Shown piece after piece: positions 22,357-33,344 of a stretch of DNA of 64,000 nucleotides. The notes under the pieces are model-generated. The model was not told where the DNA came from, did not search any database, and was given only the letters and a program-made list of their open reading frames with translations. This DNA is from Centroscyllium fabricii (Eukaryota). Numbering within the stretch: position 1 is the stretch's first letter; each line of letters starts with the position of its first letter. The stretch spans positions 542,500,001 to 542,564,000 of the forward strand of contig JBNRSN020000002.1 of assembly GCA_051313645.2 (NCBI GenBank), given 5' to 3'. A program made the translations under genes and the position numbers.

Positions 22357-24560
22357 TCAAGAGGATAAGTCACCAGGACCAGATGGGATGAATCCTGGGA
22401 CGCTGAGGGAAGTGAAGGAACAAATCACAAAGGTATCGGCCATCATTTTCCAATCCACCTTAGATGCGGGGGTGGTGCCAGAGGACTGGAGAATTGCAAA
22501 TGTTACACCCTTCTTCAAAAAAGGGTGTAAGGATAAACCCAGCAACTACAGGCCAGTCAGTTTCAAGTTCCTCGGGGTCCACATCTCGGAAGACCTCTCC
22601 TGGTCACTAAACACCTCCGCTCTGATAAAGAAGGCCCAACAGCGCCTGTACTTCCTAAGGAAGCTGAATAAGGCCAAGCTGACATCCGGCATCCTCACCA
22701 ACTTCTACCGCTGCACAATCGAAAGCATACTGACAAGCTGCATCACAGTCTGGTATGGAAACTGCACCATCTCGGACCGGATGGCCCTGCAGCGGGTAGT
22801 CAAATCTGTCCAACGAATCACCAGCACCCAGCTACCATCAATTGAATGCACCTACCTCAACCACTGCCTACGGAGGTCTCTGAACATTATTAAAGACCCC
22901 ACACACCCCAGCCATAGTCTGTTCGCCCCCCCTGCCCTCCGGGAGACGCTACAGATCAATTCACACCCGCACGACCAGATTCAAGAACAGCTTCTTCCCC
23001 AGGGCTGTCAGCCTCCTGAACTCTAACAAAAAATTCCAGTACCTGCACACCTGAAATGTACTTTATTGTACGCAATTGCATGTAACTCATTTGCACTACT
23101 CTCGGGAGCGGCGAGTCTTCGTTTCATTGTATTGTACTAGTACACTGCAATGACAATAAAATTGAATTGAAATGAATTGAATTAAACTCAGTAGTGGGGA
23201 AGCTTTTCGAAACAATAATCAGGGACAAAATTAACAGTCACTTGGACAAGTGTGGATTAATTAAGGAAAGCCAGCACAGATTTGTTAAAGGCAAATGTGC
23301 TAAACCAACTTGATCGAGTTTTTTGATGAGGTAACAGAGAGAGTTGATGAGGCCAATGCGGTTGATGTAGTGTACATGGATTTTTAAAAGGCGTTCGATA
23401 AAGTGTTACATAATAGGTTTGTCAGCAAAATTGAAGCCTATGGAATAAAAGGGACAGTGGCAGCATGGATACGAAATTGGCTAAGTGACTGGAAACAGAG
23501 AGTAGTGCGGAACAGTTGCTTTTCGGACTGGAGGAAGGTATACAGTGGGTGTTCCCCAGGGGTCAGTTCTAGAATCACTGCTTTTCTTGATATATATTAA
23601 TGACTTAGATGTGGGTGTACAGGGCACAATTTCAAAATTTGCAGATGACACAAAACTTGTAAGTATAGTGAACAGTGAGGAGGATAGTGATCGACTTCAA
23701 GAGGACATAGGCAGGCTGGTGGAATGGGCGGACACGTGGCAGATGAAATTTAATGCAGAAAAGTGCAAAGTGATACATTTTGATAGAAAGAATGGAGAGG
23801 AAATATAAACTAAAGGGTACGATCCTAAAGTGGGTGCATGAACAGAGAGACCTGGGGGTATATGTGCACAAATCGTTGAAGGTGGCAGGGCAGGTTGAGA
23901 AAGTGGTTAAAAAAGCTTACGGAATCCTGGGCTTCATGAATAAAGGCACAGAGTACAAAAGCAAGGAAGTTATTATGAACATTTATAAAACACTGGTTCG
24001 GCCTCAACTGGAGTATTGTGTCCAATTCTGGGCACCGCACTTTAGGAAGGATGTGAAGGCCTTAGACCGGGTGCAGAAAAGATTTACGAGAATGGTTCCA
24101 GGGATGAGGGACTTCAGTTACGTGGATAGACTGGAGAAGCTGGGGCTGTTCTCCTCAGAGCAGAGAAGATTGAGAGGAGATTTGATCGAGGTGTTCAAAA
24201 TCATGAGGGGTCTGGACAGAGTAGATCGAGAGAAACTGCTCCCATTGGGGGAAGGACCGAGAACCATCGGACACAGATTTAAGTTGATTGACAGAAGAAC
24301 ATGAGGGAAAACCGTTTTACTCAGTGAGTAGTTAGGAACTGGAATGCACTGCCTGAAAGGGTGGTGGAGGCAGATTCAATCACGGCTTTCAAAAGGGAAT
24401 TGGATAAGTACCTGAAGGAAAAGAAGTTTGCAGGGCTACGGGGAAAGGGTGGGGGGGAGTGGGACTAGCTGAAATGCTCTTGCAGAGAGCCGGCACGGGC
24501 TCGACAGGCCAAATGGCCTTCTTCCATGCTGTAACCTTGTAATCTATGATCCTATGATTC
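22357..24560 (+). mobile_element. CR1 LINE ORF2 fragment, decayed and interrupted by Rex1/Babar
   Basis: KSPGPDG, VPEDWRIANVTP, NYRPVS, GVPQGSVL, KFADDTKL; frameshifts; CR1 tail. Confidence 0.95.
22560..23183 (+). mobile_element. Rex1/Babar LINE 3' fragment
   Basis: FKFLGVHISEDLSWS...KAQQRLYFLRKL...FYRCTIESILT; AATAAA followed by (ATTGA)n tail. Confidence 0.9.
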
Positions 24561-25087
24561 TCCGACACAAGCAAAACTTTCATCAGCAAGAATTAGTAAC
24601 CGGGCTACGCCACATTCAAAGATTTGGGAGATGCTTTGTTCGACATCCTGGAGAGATGTATGTTGGATATCTTGGGGAGTTAAGGGTCAGCAGGTGAACC
24701 TTTTTGTATCTTAAAGCAACAGGCTTTCCAGGCTTTCCAAGATATAAACAGGGTGATTTTCAAATGTGGTAAAAAGAATGCATTGCTTTTTTTCTGAGAT
24801 GTAAGTGCTTGTTTAAGGGATTAAGGGGGTGAATTTATCTTCGAGGGTCATTTGGGACGCTAAGCCAAAAATGTTTGAAAAGTTAGTGCCAGGCGCTAAC
24901 CTGTTCAAACATTTGAGAAATTCCCAGGAGGGAAGTGGGGCGCTAAATCAAATGCTCCGCTTGTCTCTTGGAGCGCAAGAGGCGGGGAATGTCCCGATCC
25001 GGGCGATGTGCTCAGCAGCGCCACGTGTGGCCACGTGTGGCACTGCCGCATTGCAGGAGCTCTTCCCTCAATTAAAGGGAAGGGCCC

Positions 25088-28000
25088 TGACGTATCGTCA
25101 ATAATCTAATAAAACTAAAGACAAGTAGTTACCTCAACTCAAGGCTTTTATTAGCTTACAATGGAGCTATGCTCCGATCGAAGATCAGGTACAGAATGAA
25201 TGGGGGCCGGTCAGTCCCCACCTATAAGGCACTCACCTGAGGGGAGGAGTTAGAGGTGTGGCTGACCTGGCCCCGCGACAGTGTCGCAACACAGGACAGT
25301 TGCATCATGCACCCGACCGCTATACATACAGATAATATTGGTTACAATATTATGGTGGTAATTACAGTATATACACCGGTTACCACATTCACCCCTTCTT
25401 TGAAAATTAAGTCTGGCGGGGTGAATGGACAGAGTAGTTCATGAATAGTTTATCCGGCGGTCGCGTCTGTCTGGAGGACCGCCGGGTCTCTGTCGAATGT
25501 TCTGCTTCCTGCAGCATCGGCGGCGTTGGGTCCGGTGGTGGTGACGGCGGCGCTGGTGCCGATACTGTAGGTGCTGGTGGTGGCGGTGGGTCCGAGCCAT
25601 CCGAGTCTTGGTCCTCGGCTGGCCATGGTGGGGGCTCCGAACCACGTGGTAGTGGCGGCCAGCCTCCGGTGGGTAGTGGGTCGTGTATCGGCCAGTGGTC
25701 GATATGTAGTGGCTGGAGGTGGCCGCAATATGGTGGCTGGGCGGGCTGCTGCCCAACCAGGGGCTCTGCTGTGGTGCTCCCGGCGGGCGTTAGGTCCTTG
25801 ATGGAGACGGTGTCCTCGCGCCCGTCCGGGAACTGTACGTACGCGTACTGCGGGTTGGCGTGCAGTAGCTGCACCTTTTCTACCAGGGGGTCGGTCTTAT
25901 GTCCGCGGACGTGCTTCCTAAGCAAGACCGGCCCCGGCGTCGTGAGCCACGGTGGAAGGGCTGTCCCCGAAGTCGACTTCCTGGGGAATGAAAAAATTAC
26001 ATCGTGAGGTGTGGCGTTGGTGGCCGTACACAACAGAGAGCGTATCGGATGCAGCACATCAGGGAGGACTGCCTGCCAATGGGACACTGGAAGGCCTCTG
26101 GACTTCAGGGCCAGGGTGACCGCCTTCCAGATGATTCCATTCTCCCTTTCTACCTGGCCGTTCCCCCGGGGGTTATAACTGGTCGTTCTGCTCGAGGCAA
26201 CACCTTTCTGGAGCAGAAACTGGCGCAGTTCGTCGCTCATGAACGACGCCCCCTGGTCACTATGGATGTAGCTGGGGAGACCGAAAATGGCGAACAGCGT
26301 GGTGAAGTGTTTGATCACCGTTGCGCTCGTCATATCTGGGCAGGGGAAGGCGAAGGGGAAGCGGGAGAACTCATCCACGACCGTGAGGAAGTACGAGTTG
26401 CGGTCGGTGGAGGGGAGGGGGCCTTTGAAGTCCACGCTTAGACGTTCAAAGGGGCGGGGGGCCTTAATGAGATGCGCCGTGTCTGGCCTGAAAAATTGGG
26501 GTTTGCACTCGGCGCAAACAGGGCACTCTCGGGTCATAGCCTTGATCTCCGTGATGGAGTAGGGGAGGCTATGGGATTTTACGAAGTGGGCAAGTCTGGT
26601 GACACCCGGGTGGCAGAGGTGATCGTGGAGTTCCTTCAGCCGGTCTAGCTGGGCACTGGCGCACGTTCCCCTGGACAGTGCGTCCGGGGGTTCATTGAGT
26701 TTGCCTGGTCGGTAAAGAATGTCGTACTCGTAAGTCGAGAGTTCGATCCGCCACCGCAGGATCTTATCATTCTTGATTTTACCCTTTTGTTTATTGTTAA
26801 ACATAAACGCGACCGACCGTTGGTCGGTGAGCAGGGTAAAACGCTTACCGGCCAGGTAATGATGCCAGTAGCGCACGGCCTCCACGGTGGCCTGGGCCTC
26901 CTTTTCCACTGCCAAGTGGCGAATTTCGGGTCCCTGTAAGGTGCGGGAGAAAAACGCTACGGGCCTGCCTGCCTGATTCAGGGTGGCGGCAAGGGCAAAG
27001 TCCGAAGCGTCACTCTCCACCTGGAAGGGGATGGATTCATCACCGGCGTGCATGGTCGCCTTGATGATATCTTCCTTGATCCGGGCGAACGCCGTGTGGG
27101 CTTCTGCCAAGAGGGGGAAGGCGGCAGCCTTGAGGAGCGGTCTGGCCTTATCCGCGAACTGGGGAACCCATTGCGCGTAATAAGAGAAAAATCCCAGACA
27201 TCTCTTCAGGGCTTTGGGGTTGTGAGGAAGGGGCAGTTCCTGTAAGGAGCACATACGTTGTGGGTCGGGGCCGAGGACCCCGTTTTCCACCACGTATCCG
27301 AGGATGGCGAGCCGATCTGTACTAAAGACACACTTGTCTTTGTTGTATGTGAGATCTAGCCGTTTCGCCGTGTCGAGGAATTTGGCCAGATTGGCATCGT
27401 GGTCCTGCTGGTCATGGCCGCAGATGGTCACGTTGTCCAGGTAGGGGAAGGTGGCCTGCAACCCGTTCTGGTCAACCATGCGGTCCATCTCCCTTTGGAA
27501 CACCGACACTCCGTTGGTCACGCCGAAGGGGACCCGGAGGAAGTGGTAGAGCCGACCGTTCGCCTCGAAGGCGGTGTACGGGCGGTCGGCTATCCGGATC
27601 GGGAGTTGGTGATATGCCGACTTAAGGTCGATTGTGGAGAACACCTTGTATTGGGCGATTTGGTTAACCATTTCCGAGATGCGGGGGAGGGGGTAGGCAT
27701 CGAGCCCGGTGTAGCGGTTAATGGTCTGGCTGTAATCGATAACCATCCGATGTTTCTTGCCAGTCTTAACCACTACAACTTGGGCCCGCCAGGGGCTGGT
27801 GCTGGCTTCAATTATCCCCTCCTTTAGCATACGCCCGACCTCCGACCTGATAAACGCCCGATCCCCTGCACTGTACCGCTGACTCTTAGTAGCAATGGGC
27901 TTGCAGTTGGGGTCGAGGTTGGCGAACAGTGAGGGGGGGTCGACTTTCAGGGTGGAGAGGCCGCAGGCCGGGCTCCGCTTTGGGAAAAGATTGTCCCGGC

Positions 28001-29933
28001 TACTGACGGTGAGGGGGGGCAGGGTCCCGCCGAACTCCATTGTCAAGCTCTTAAGGTGGCACTGGAAATCCAGTCCCAGTAAGACTGGGGAGCACAACTG
28101 TTTCAGAATGTACAATTTAAAATTACGGTACACGCAGCCCTTAACTGTGAGCGTGACGGAGCAGTAGCCGGTGACGTCTGCGGTGTGGGACTGTGAAGCA
28201 AGGGAGACCTGGTAGCGCATGGGCCGGATCTGCAGTCCATAGCACTGCGCTGTATCGGGGTGAATGAAGCTCTCTGTGCTTCCGGTGTCGAACAGGCAGT
28301 TCATGACACGGCCGTTGACTTTAATCCCCATCATGGAATTTGATAGGGTGTGCGGCCTAGCCTGATCGACTTTCGGGATGGCTGAGGCCGAAGTGTGTGA
28401 GTGTGTGTGTGACCCCTCAACTGGTCGGGGCCGTACACAAGATGGCGGCTCCTGTGGTTCGCACATGGCCGGCCTCTGGGGACAAAATGGCGGCGCCGGA
28501 GAGTCGCCCATGGCTGGTCGCTGAAGACATGATGGCGGCGCCGGGGGGTCGCACATGGCGGGCCGCTGCGGACAAGATGGCGGTGCCCGTGGTTCGCACG
28601 CAGCGGGCTGCGGTGGCTGGGTTGGCGGTGCCCGTGATTCGCACGCAGCGAGCCGCGCTGGGCGGGATGCTGGCGTTGGGGGGTCGCGCATGGCCGGCCG
28701 TTGCTGAGTTTGGCGTGCCGTGGGTGCAGCCGGCCTCTGCCGCCTCAGGGTGGGAGACGGGGGTGCTTGTACTCTACCCCCGGACCGTCGCTGGGTCGCA
28801 CTGCAGTTGCAGCTTACCTGAGAGCTTTCGCAGGCCGCGCTGTTGTACCTGGAGCTGGACGCCAGGGCTGATCTGCAGGCCTTGGCGTAGTGTCCTTTCT
28901 TTAAGCACCTCTCGCAGGTCGCGGTCTTCGCTGGGCATCTCGCCCGTGGGTGTAGTCCCTGGCCGCAGAAGTAACATTTCCTTTCCGCCGGCGTCTTTGC
29001 AGCTGCCGCTGCCATTGTAGGGGTCTCGACCCGTTGTGGGGCTGCCCACGCGTCGTAGGCCTGTGGGTTTGGGCCGCCGTACGCCTGCAGCTTGCGGCGT
29101 GCACCCTCCACAGAGTTGGAGATAGAGATCGCTTCCTCCAGAGTTAAAGAGTCCTTTTCCAGCAGCCGCTGGCGGGCCTCTGCGGACCTGAGTCCCGTTA
29201 CATAAACGTCCCAGACGAGGAGGTTCGCCTCCTCTTCTGCCGTCCGTGGTTGGCAGCCACAGACCCGGACAAGGGCATGGAGCGCCTGCTCGAACTGTTC
29301 GTTTGACTCACTCGGTAGTTGTGGTCTGGTCGCGAGCACGTGTCTGGCGTAGACTGAGTGGACCGGGCGCTCGTAGCATTTCTTCAGTTTAGCCACCGCA
29401 TCGGGGTACGTTTTGGCGTCACGTATGAAGGAGAATACCCGGCTGGAGATCCTGGATCGGCGAACCTGTAGCTTGTTCCCCTCGGTTGTAGCCTTGGCGG
29501 CGTCCATGTAGGCCTCCAGGAGGCCGAACCAGTGTTCGAAGGTGTTGGCGGCGGCTGGGTCCTGTGGACTAATGTCCAGCTTTTCGGGTTTCACAGCGCC
29601 GCTCTCCATTTCAAATTTTTAAGCTAATAAAATTGACGTATCGTCAATAATCTAATAAAACTAAAGACGAGTAGTTACCTCAACTCAAGGCTTTTATTAG
29701 CTTACAATGGAGCTATGCTCCGATCGAACATCAGGTACAGAATGAATGGGGGCCGGTCAGTCCCCACCTATAAGGCACTCACCTGAGGGGAGGAGTTAGA
29801 GGTGTGGCTGACCTGGCCCCGCGACAGTGTCGCAACACAGGACAGTTGCATCATGCACCCGACCGCTATACATACAGATAATATTGGTTACAATATTATG
29901 GTGGTAATTACAGTATGTACAACGGTTACCACA
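25088..29933 (-). mobile_element. Full-length Gypsy LTR retrotransposon (family A, copy 1)
   Basis: 300-bp LTRs 29634-29933 (5') and 25088-25387 (3'), 4 mismatches counted by eye; TSD GGCCC; PPT next to the 3' LTR; single gag-pol ORF. Confidence 0.98.
25407..29609 (-). CDS. Intact gag-pol polyprotein (1400 aa): Gag with two zinc knuckles, protease, RT, RNase H, integrase
   Basis: CYFCGQGLHPRARC / CERCLKKGHYAKAC; LFDTGS; DLKSAYHQ, PFG, YLDN; SDAS..KEA..TDQ..DALSR; HHCC and DDE (DFKG, HSDQG, VER). Confidence 0.97.
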   Translation of the reverse strand: MESGAVKPEKLDISPQDPAAANTFEHWFGLLEAYMDAAKATTEGNKLQVRRSRISSRVFSFIRDAKTYPDAVAKLKKCYERPVHSVYARHVLATRPQLPSESNEQFEQALHALVRVCGCQPRTAEEEANLLVWDVYVTGLRSAEARQRLLEKDSLTLEEAISISNSVEGARRKLQAYGGPNPQAYDAWAAPQRVETPTMAAAAAKTPAERKCYFCGQGLHPRARCPAKTATCERCLKKGHYAKACRSALASSSRYNSAACESSQVSCNCSATQRRSGGRVQAPPSPTLRRQRPAAPTARQTQQRPAMRDPPTPASRPARLAACESRAPPTQPPQPAACEPRAPPSCPQRPAMCDPPAPPSCLQRPAMGDSPAPPFCPQRPAMCEPQEPPSCVRPRPVEGSHTHSHTSASAIPKVDQARPHTLSNSMMGIKVNGRVMNCLFDTGSTESFIHPDTAQCYGLQIRPMRYQVSLASQSHTADVTGYCSVTLTVKGCVYRNFKLYILKQLCSPVLLGLDFQCHLKSLTMEFGGTLPPLTVSSRDNLFPKRSPACGLSTLKVDPPSLFANLDPNCKPIATKSQRYSAGDRAFIRSEVGRMLKEGIIEASTSPWRAQVVVVKTGKKHRMVIDYSQTINRYTGLDAYPLPRISEMVNQIAQYKVFSTIDLKSAYHQLPIRIADRPYTAFEANGRLYHFLRVPFGVTNGVSVFQREMDRMVDQNGLQATFPYLDNVTICGHDQQDHDANLAKFLDTAKRLDLTYNKDKCVFSTDRLAILGYVVENGVLGPDPQRMCSLQELPLPHNPKALKRCLGFFSYYAQWVPQFADKARPLLKAAAFPLLAEAHTAFARIKEDIIKATMHAGDESIPFQVESDASDFALAATLNQAGRPVAFFSRTLQGPEIRHLAVEKEAQATVEAVRYWHHYLAGKRFTLLTDQRSVAFMFNNKQKGKIKNDKILRWRIELSTYEYDILYRPGKLNEPPDALSRGTCASAQLDRLKELHDHLCHPGVTRLAHFVKSHSLPYSITEIKAMTRECPVCAECKPQFFRPDTAHLIKAPRPFERLSVDFKGPLPSTDRNSYFLTVVDEFSRFPFAFPCPDMTSATVIKHFTTLFAIFGLPSYIHSDQGASFMSDELRQFLLQKGVASSRTTSYNPRGNGQVERENGIIWKAVTLALKSRGLPVSHWQAVLPDVLHPIRSLLCTATNATPHDVIFSFPRKSTSGTALPPWLTTPGPVLLRKHVRGHKTDPLVEKVQLLHANPQYAYVQFPDGREDTVSIKDLTPAGSTTAEPLVGQQPAQPPYCGHLQPLHIDHWPIHDPLPTGGWPPLPRGSEPPPWPAEDQDSDGSDPPPPPAPTVSAPAPPSPPPDPTPPMLQEAEHSTETRRSSRQTRPPDKLFMNYSVHSPRQT

Positions 29934-30477
29934 GGCCCCACGCTGCAAGCGCTGTGGTTTTTATTTGGCATCTGCTGGAGCACCAGGGGTGTGGGAGTGC
30001 CACGTGATCAGCCTGACACTCAGCCCGCGTCCAGTGCTCAGAAATGTATTTTTTAAATTGCCGATTTTTTTTCATGTCGGCCGGCCACCGCGCCTTTAAA
30101 TGGCGCCGTGCGAGCGGCCAGCCTCACTGTCCGCAACCCCTACAGCAGTCGGTAACATCGCCCGGCGCTGCTGCGGGGCGTGAGGAGAAATTTTTGTCCC
30201 GGGCCGGTGCGCCCAGAGATGACATCATGATCTGCAGAAGATTGGGGGCGATACCCGGTAGCGCCGCCACTAACCTCCCGCAGAATTTCGTGGGAAGCCA
30301 TTTGCAGCCCATTAGCAGAGGCGCAAACGATGGGAATTTCGCCCCCTAAGTGTTAGTAATGACGTTACCCATGAGTGATTTAGTTTCAGGGTAATAATAC
30401 ATGGGTCGGCATCCATTTGATACAGATAGCAGTTAGTGAAGCATTTACTTCAAAGATGCTAGCAAATGTTACGTCAG

Positions 30478-30725
30478 TGATGCGCTATCAATAACTCCAA
30501 AAGACTAGAAGTTATACAAGTAACAAATAGGCTTTTATTCACTAAAAAATGAGAGCATGCCTCCGCTGGTCGACTGGTCCAGGACTGAAGGGTGGTTGGG
30601 AAACAGTCACCTTTATACCTGGGTCTGAGGGAGGAGCCACAGATAGAGTCAGCAGGGGCATGCCCAGGCAGGTTAGATACAACAGGTAAAAGAGAACTAT
30701 AATACAATAACAGTGGTTTACCACA
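30478..30725 (-). mobile_element. Solo LTR related to Gypsy family B
   Basis: Minus strand TGTGGTAAACCA...GTGAATAAAAGCC...TTATTGATAGCGCATCA; TSD GTCAG. Confidence 0.9.
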
Positions 30726-31534
30726 GTCAGGGAGGCTCATGTAGGGGTAATCATTCTGAGGTAAACAATTACAAACTGTTTACATGAATATTTTGTTTTC
30801 AAAGGATTTGTGGAATCAATGGCAGCCTGTAAAACTGAACTCATGTCGTTTTTTAATGGTGTCCAACTAATCTCACAGACAAAAGCAATCCAGTACCTAT
30901 CACAATCACAGACAAAAAGCAATCCAGTACCTATCACAGATATCAGACATAACATAACGATAACTTCATGTACTCTAATGCAACACTGTAACCCAGTGTG
31001 CAGACATAACAGGCGTTTCTATGGCATTTTCCCTTGATGTAGTCACAATATGCTGTATACAGGAGCATGGCTTTCAACAGTATCACAGAGTGTACTCGAA
31101 AGATACAGACACTGAATATCCACTCGCTGTATTCAGTTAAAGGCCGATCACCTTTACTGTATATCAATAGAGTTTGTTCCGTATAACTCCACTCCGAAGT
31201 CTCGTGCTTACGCGAACATGTTGTTCTGAACCAGAGGAGAAAGGGAGGTTGACCGCTAACACCCTTCTCAGCCCATTGACTTTGTAGGTGTTCCTTAGCG
31301 TTAATGCCTTAGCACACCACAGCCCCCTGTGTTGGCAGGACGATTCCAGAAGCAGCATGAACAGACCATCGGATGTATTTTGTCCACACGCAATGCCGAA
31401 TACCCACCGACTAGTCTCTCACGCGCACTGACTGCTGTAGAAATCAGCCAGCAATGCACATGGGTCTGGGAAATAACAACAGAAAATGCTGGAAAAACTC
31501 AGCAGGCCAGCCAACATCCATGGAGAGAAAAATA

Positions 31535-32280
31535 GGAGGAAAAATTTGGTTGCTTGCGCCTCCCATTAGCGCCGGAAGAGGGCTGATAATGTGGCGCAAG
31601 GCACTTAGCGCCTGGGCTGGTGCCTCCTGCGATATTCAGTGGGGCGCTGGCGAGGGCGGTAACCGGTAGCACCCCATGGCGCTGTGCCACTGCCGATGAC
31701 GTCGTCACAGTGCGCAGCGCCCCGCTCAAGCCCCGGCCGTGAACCTCAGTCACGTCCTCTGCCGTACCGCCGGATGCTGTCACCGACTGGGTCAGGGGGG
31801 CGTACTTGCAGCAGGGGAGCGATATTTAAAGGGAGGGGTGCCAGGCGACCATTTTTCTTGCTGGCCGACTGCCAGCACCTGCCCCCTCTGCTGCCCCCGG
31901 CCTTCCCCGATGCCCCCCCGCGGTGTGCTGGCTGTGCTCCGTGAGCCCGGCACTTCCCTCGAGTGCAGCATTGCGATCCCCGGCGGTCCAACAGGGCTCC
32001 GGCCCGGGCCGCGCTAGGCCACTCCCCTTTAATCGGGGGAGGAAGGCCTGCAGTACCGCGGCGCGGCACTCTGCAGAGCATGGCGCAGCGACCCACAGCG
32101 CCTGAAATTGAGTGGTAGCGCCCAAAGAACGAGGTCGGGCGCCTGCAGTTGCGCCCCACCTCCTACTTGGGGCGCTAAAACCCAATTTTAGGAGGAACGG
32201 CGCTAACATTTTTGGGGCGCTAAAAGTAGCGCACCGCCGAGGTTAGCGCCCCAAACGGGGCACAACCCAATTTTTCCCCT
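31535..32280. mobile_element. PIF/Harbinger-like GC-rich MITE inserted in a Penelope-end repeat
   Basis: TIR GGAGGAAAAATTTGGTTG / CAACCCAATTTTTCCCCT; flanks ATA/ACA; repeated TAGCGCC motifs; host repeat rejoins across it. Confidence 0.75.
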
Positions 32281-32730
32281 ACAGAGTCAACGTTTCAGGT
32301 CGAAACCCTTCATCAGTCCTGAAACGTTAACTCTGTTTCTCTCTCCACGGATGCTGCCTGGCCTGCTGAGTTTTTCCAGCATTTTCTGGTGTTATTTCGG
32401 ATTTCCAGCATCCGCAGTATTTTGCTATCGTACATGGATCTGGGGCTGGTGCTACAGAGCCGCTTCCTTCAGGCGCTATTGGAATGGAAGTTGGCATCTT
32501 CCTCAGCATAGAAACATAGAAGATAGGAGCAGGAGTAGGCCAGTCGGCCCCTCGAGCCTGCTCCGCCATTCAATGAGATCATGGCTGATCATCCAAGGGG
32601 CTGATCATTGGCAAGGGGACCGTGTGGCTTCTACCGAAGTTGGGGTTTGGAAGACAAAAAAATTCTAGGAAACTGAGGGCCAGTACAATAGCCCTGTTCC
32701 TGGGACTAGGGACAGGGTCAATGGCTGAGG

Positions 32731-32804
32731 CTTGGAAGCTAAGCAGAGCCAGGCCTGGTTAGTACTTGGATGGGTGACCACCAGGGAATACCAGATGCAG
32801 AAGG
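32731..32804 (+). pseudogene. 5S rRNA-derived fragment (pseudogene or 5S-SINE relic)
   Basis: GGAAGCTAAGCAG..GGCCTGGTTAGTACTTGGATGGG.GACC.CC.GGGAATACC matches the 3' two-thirds of vertebrate 5S rRNA; 5' part absent. Confidence 0.85.
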
Positions 32805-33020
32805 TCACGAAAGGAGCCCCGGGGAGGGGCGGTTGGCTGAAGATTGTCGGAATGATGGAAAGATGGAATGGCGGTGCGCACAGACACAGCGGCTTTGCTG
32901 GACTCTTGGGAGCTTGCAAGATCACATTTCGTTGTTCATGTACTTGTACATTGTATAATGACAATAAAGTTGAATTATTATTAATAATAGAGCTTTTCAC
33001 AAGAAATCAATTACGCTTAC

Positions 33021-33109
33021 TTCTTATTCAAAAATTCACAAATGGCCAACTGTGGCAGAGACCACATAAGGACAATAACACAATGTATTGCCAATGCTGT
33101 TATATGTAC
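33021..33109 (-). CDS. Candidate host exon (hydrophobic)
   Basis: gtgtttag acceptor, strong gtaagc donor; only one frame open: VHITALAIHCVIVLMWSLPQLAICEFLNK. Confidence 0.4.
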
Positions 33110-33136
33110 CTAAACACAATTCACTATGTATAGCAA

Positions 33137-33332
33137 TGTTGTGATATGTACGTTCTGGGTTGGGTTATCGATGCAGGGTCCCTTTAAGAGCATCGGTAGC
33201 ATGATGACATCATAGTCCCTTCATGGGGCTCAGGCCTTCAGACCTCGTGAGAGTGTTTAAAGTAAGACACGTTTTGTCTTTGCTGAAACAGAAGTCTCAG
33301 AGCCTGTTGATTTCTATCAACCCCAACACAAC
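33137..33332 (+). mobile_element. Possible old solo LTR
   Basis: TGTTGTG...CACAAC inverted ends; TTTAAG TATA-like box; no TSD seen. Confidence 0.35.
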
Positions 33333-33344
33333 TTAAAATAACAA

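Larger units (their letters stand above)
24825..30346. mobile_element. PIF/Harbinger-like MITE (~670 bp net) hosting a full-length Gypsy
   Basis: TIR GGGGGTGAATTT / AATTTCGCCCCC; TSD TAA; GC-rich arms 24825-25087 and 29934-30346. Confidence 0.7.

Noticed and set aside
22388-23026. 212-aa ORF as a novel fusion gene
   Set aside because: Chance in-frame junction of a CR1 fragment and an inserted Rex1/Babar fragment.
25441-29020. Long antisense ORFs over the Gypsy elements (also 40050-42824 and 53504-56774)
   Set aside because: Expected shadows of GC-rich coding sequence; no recognisable motifs.
32731-32804. Functional 5S rRNA gene
   Set aside because: 5' third missing, diverged, no T-run terminator, not in a tandem array.
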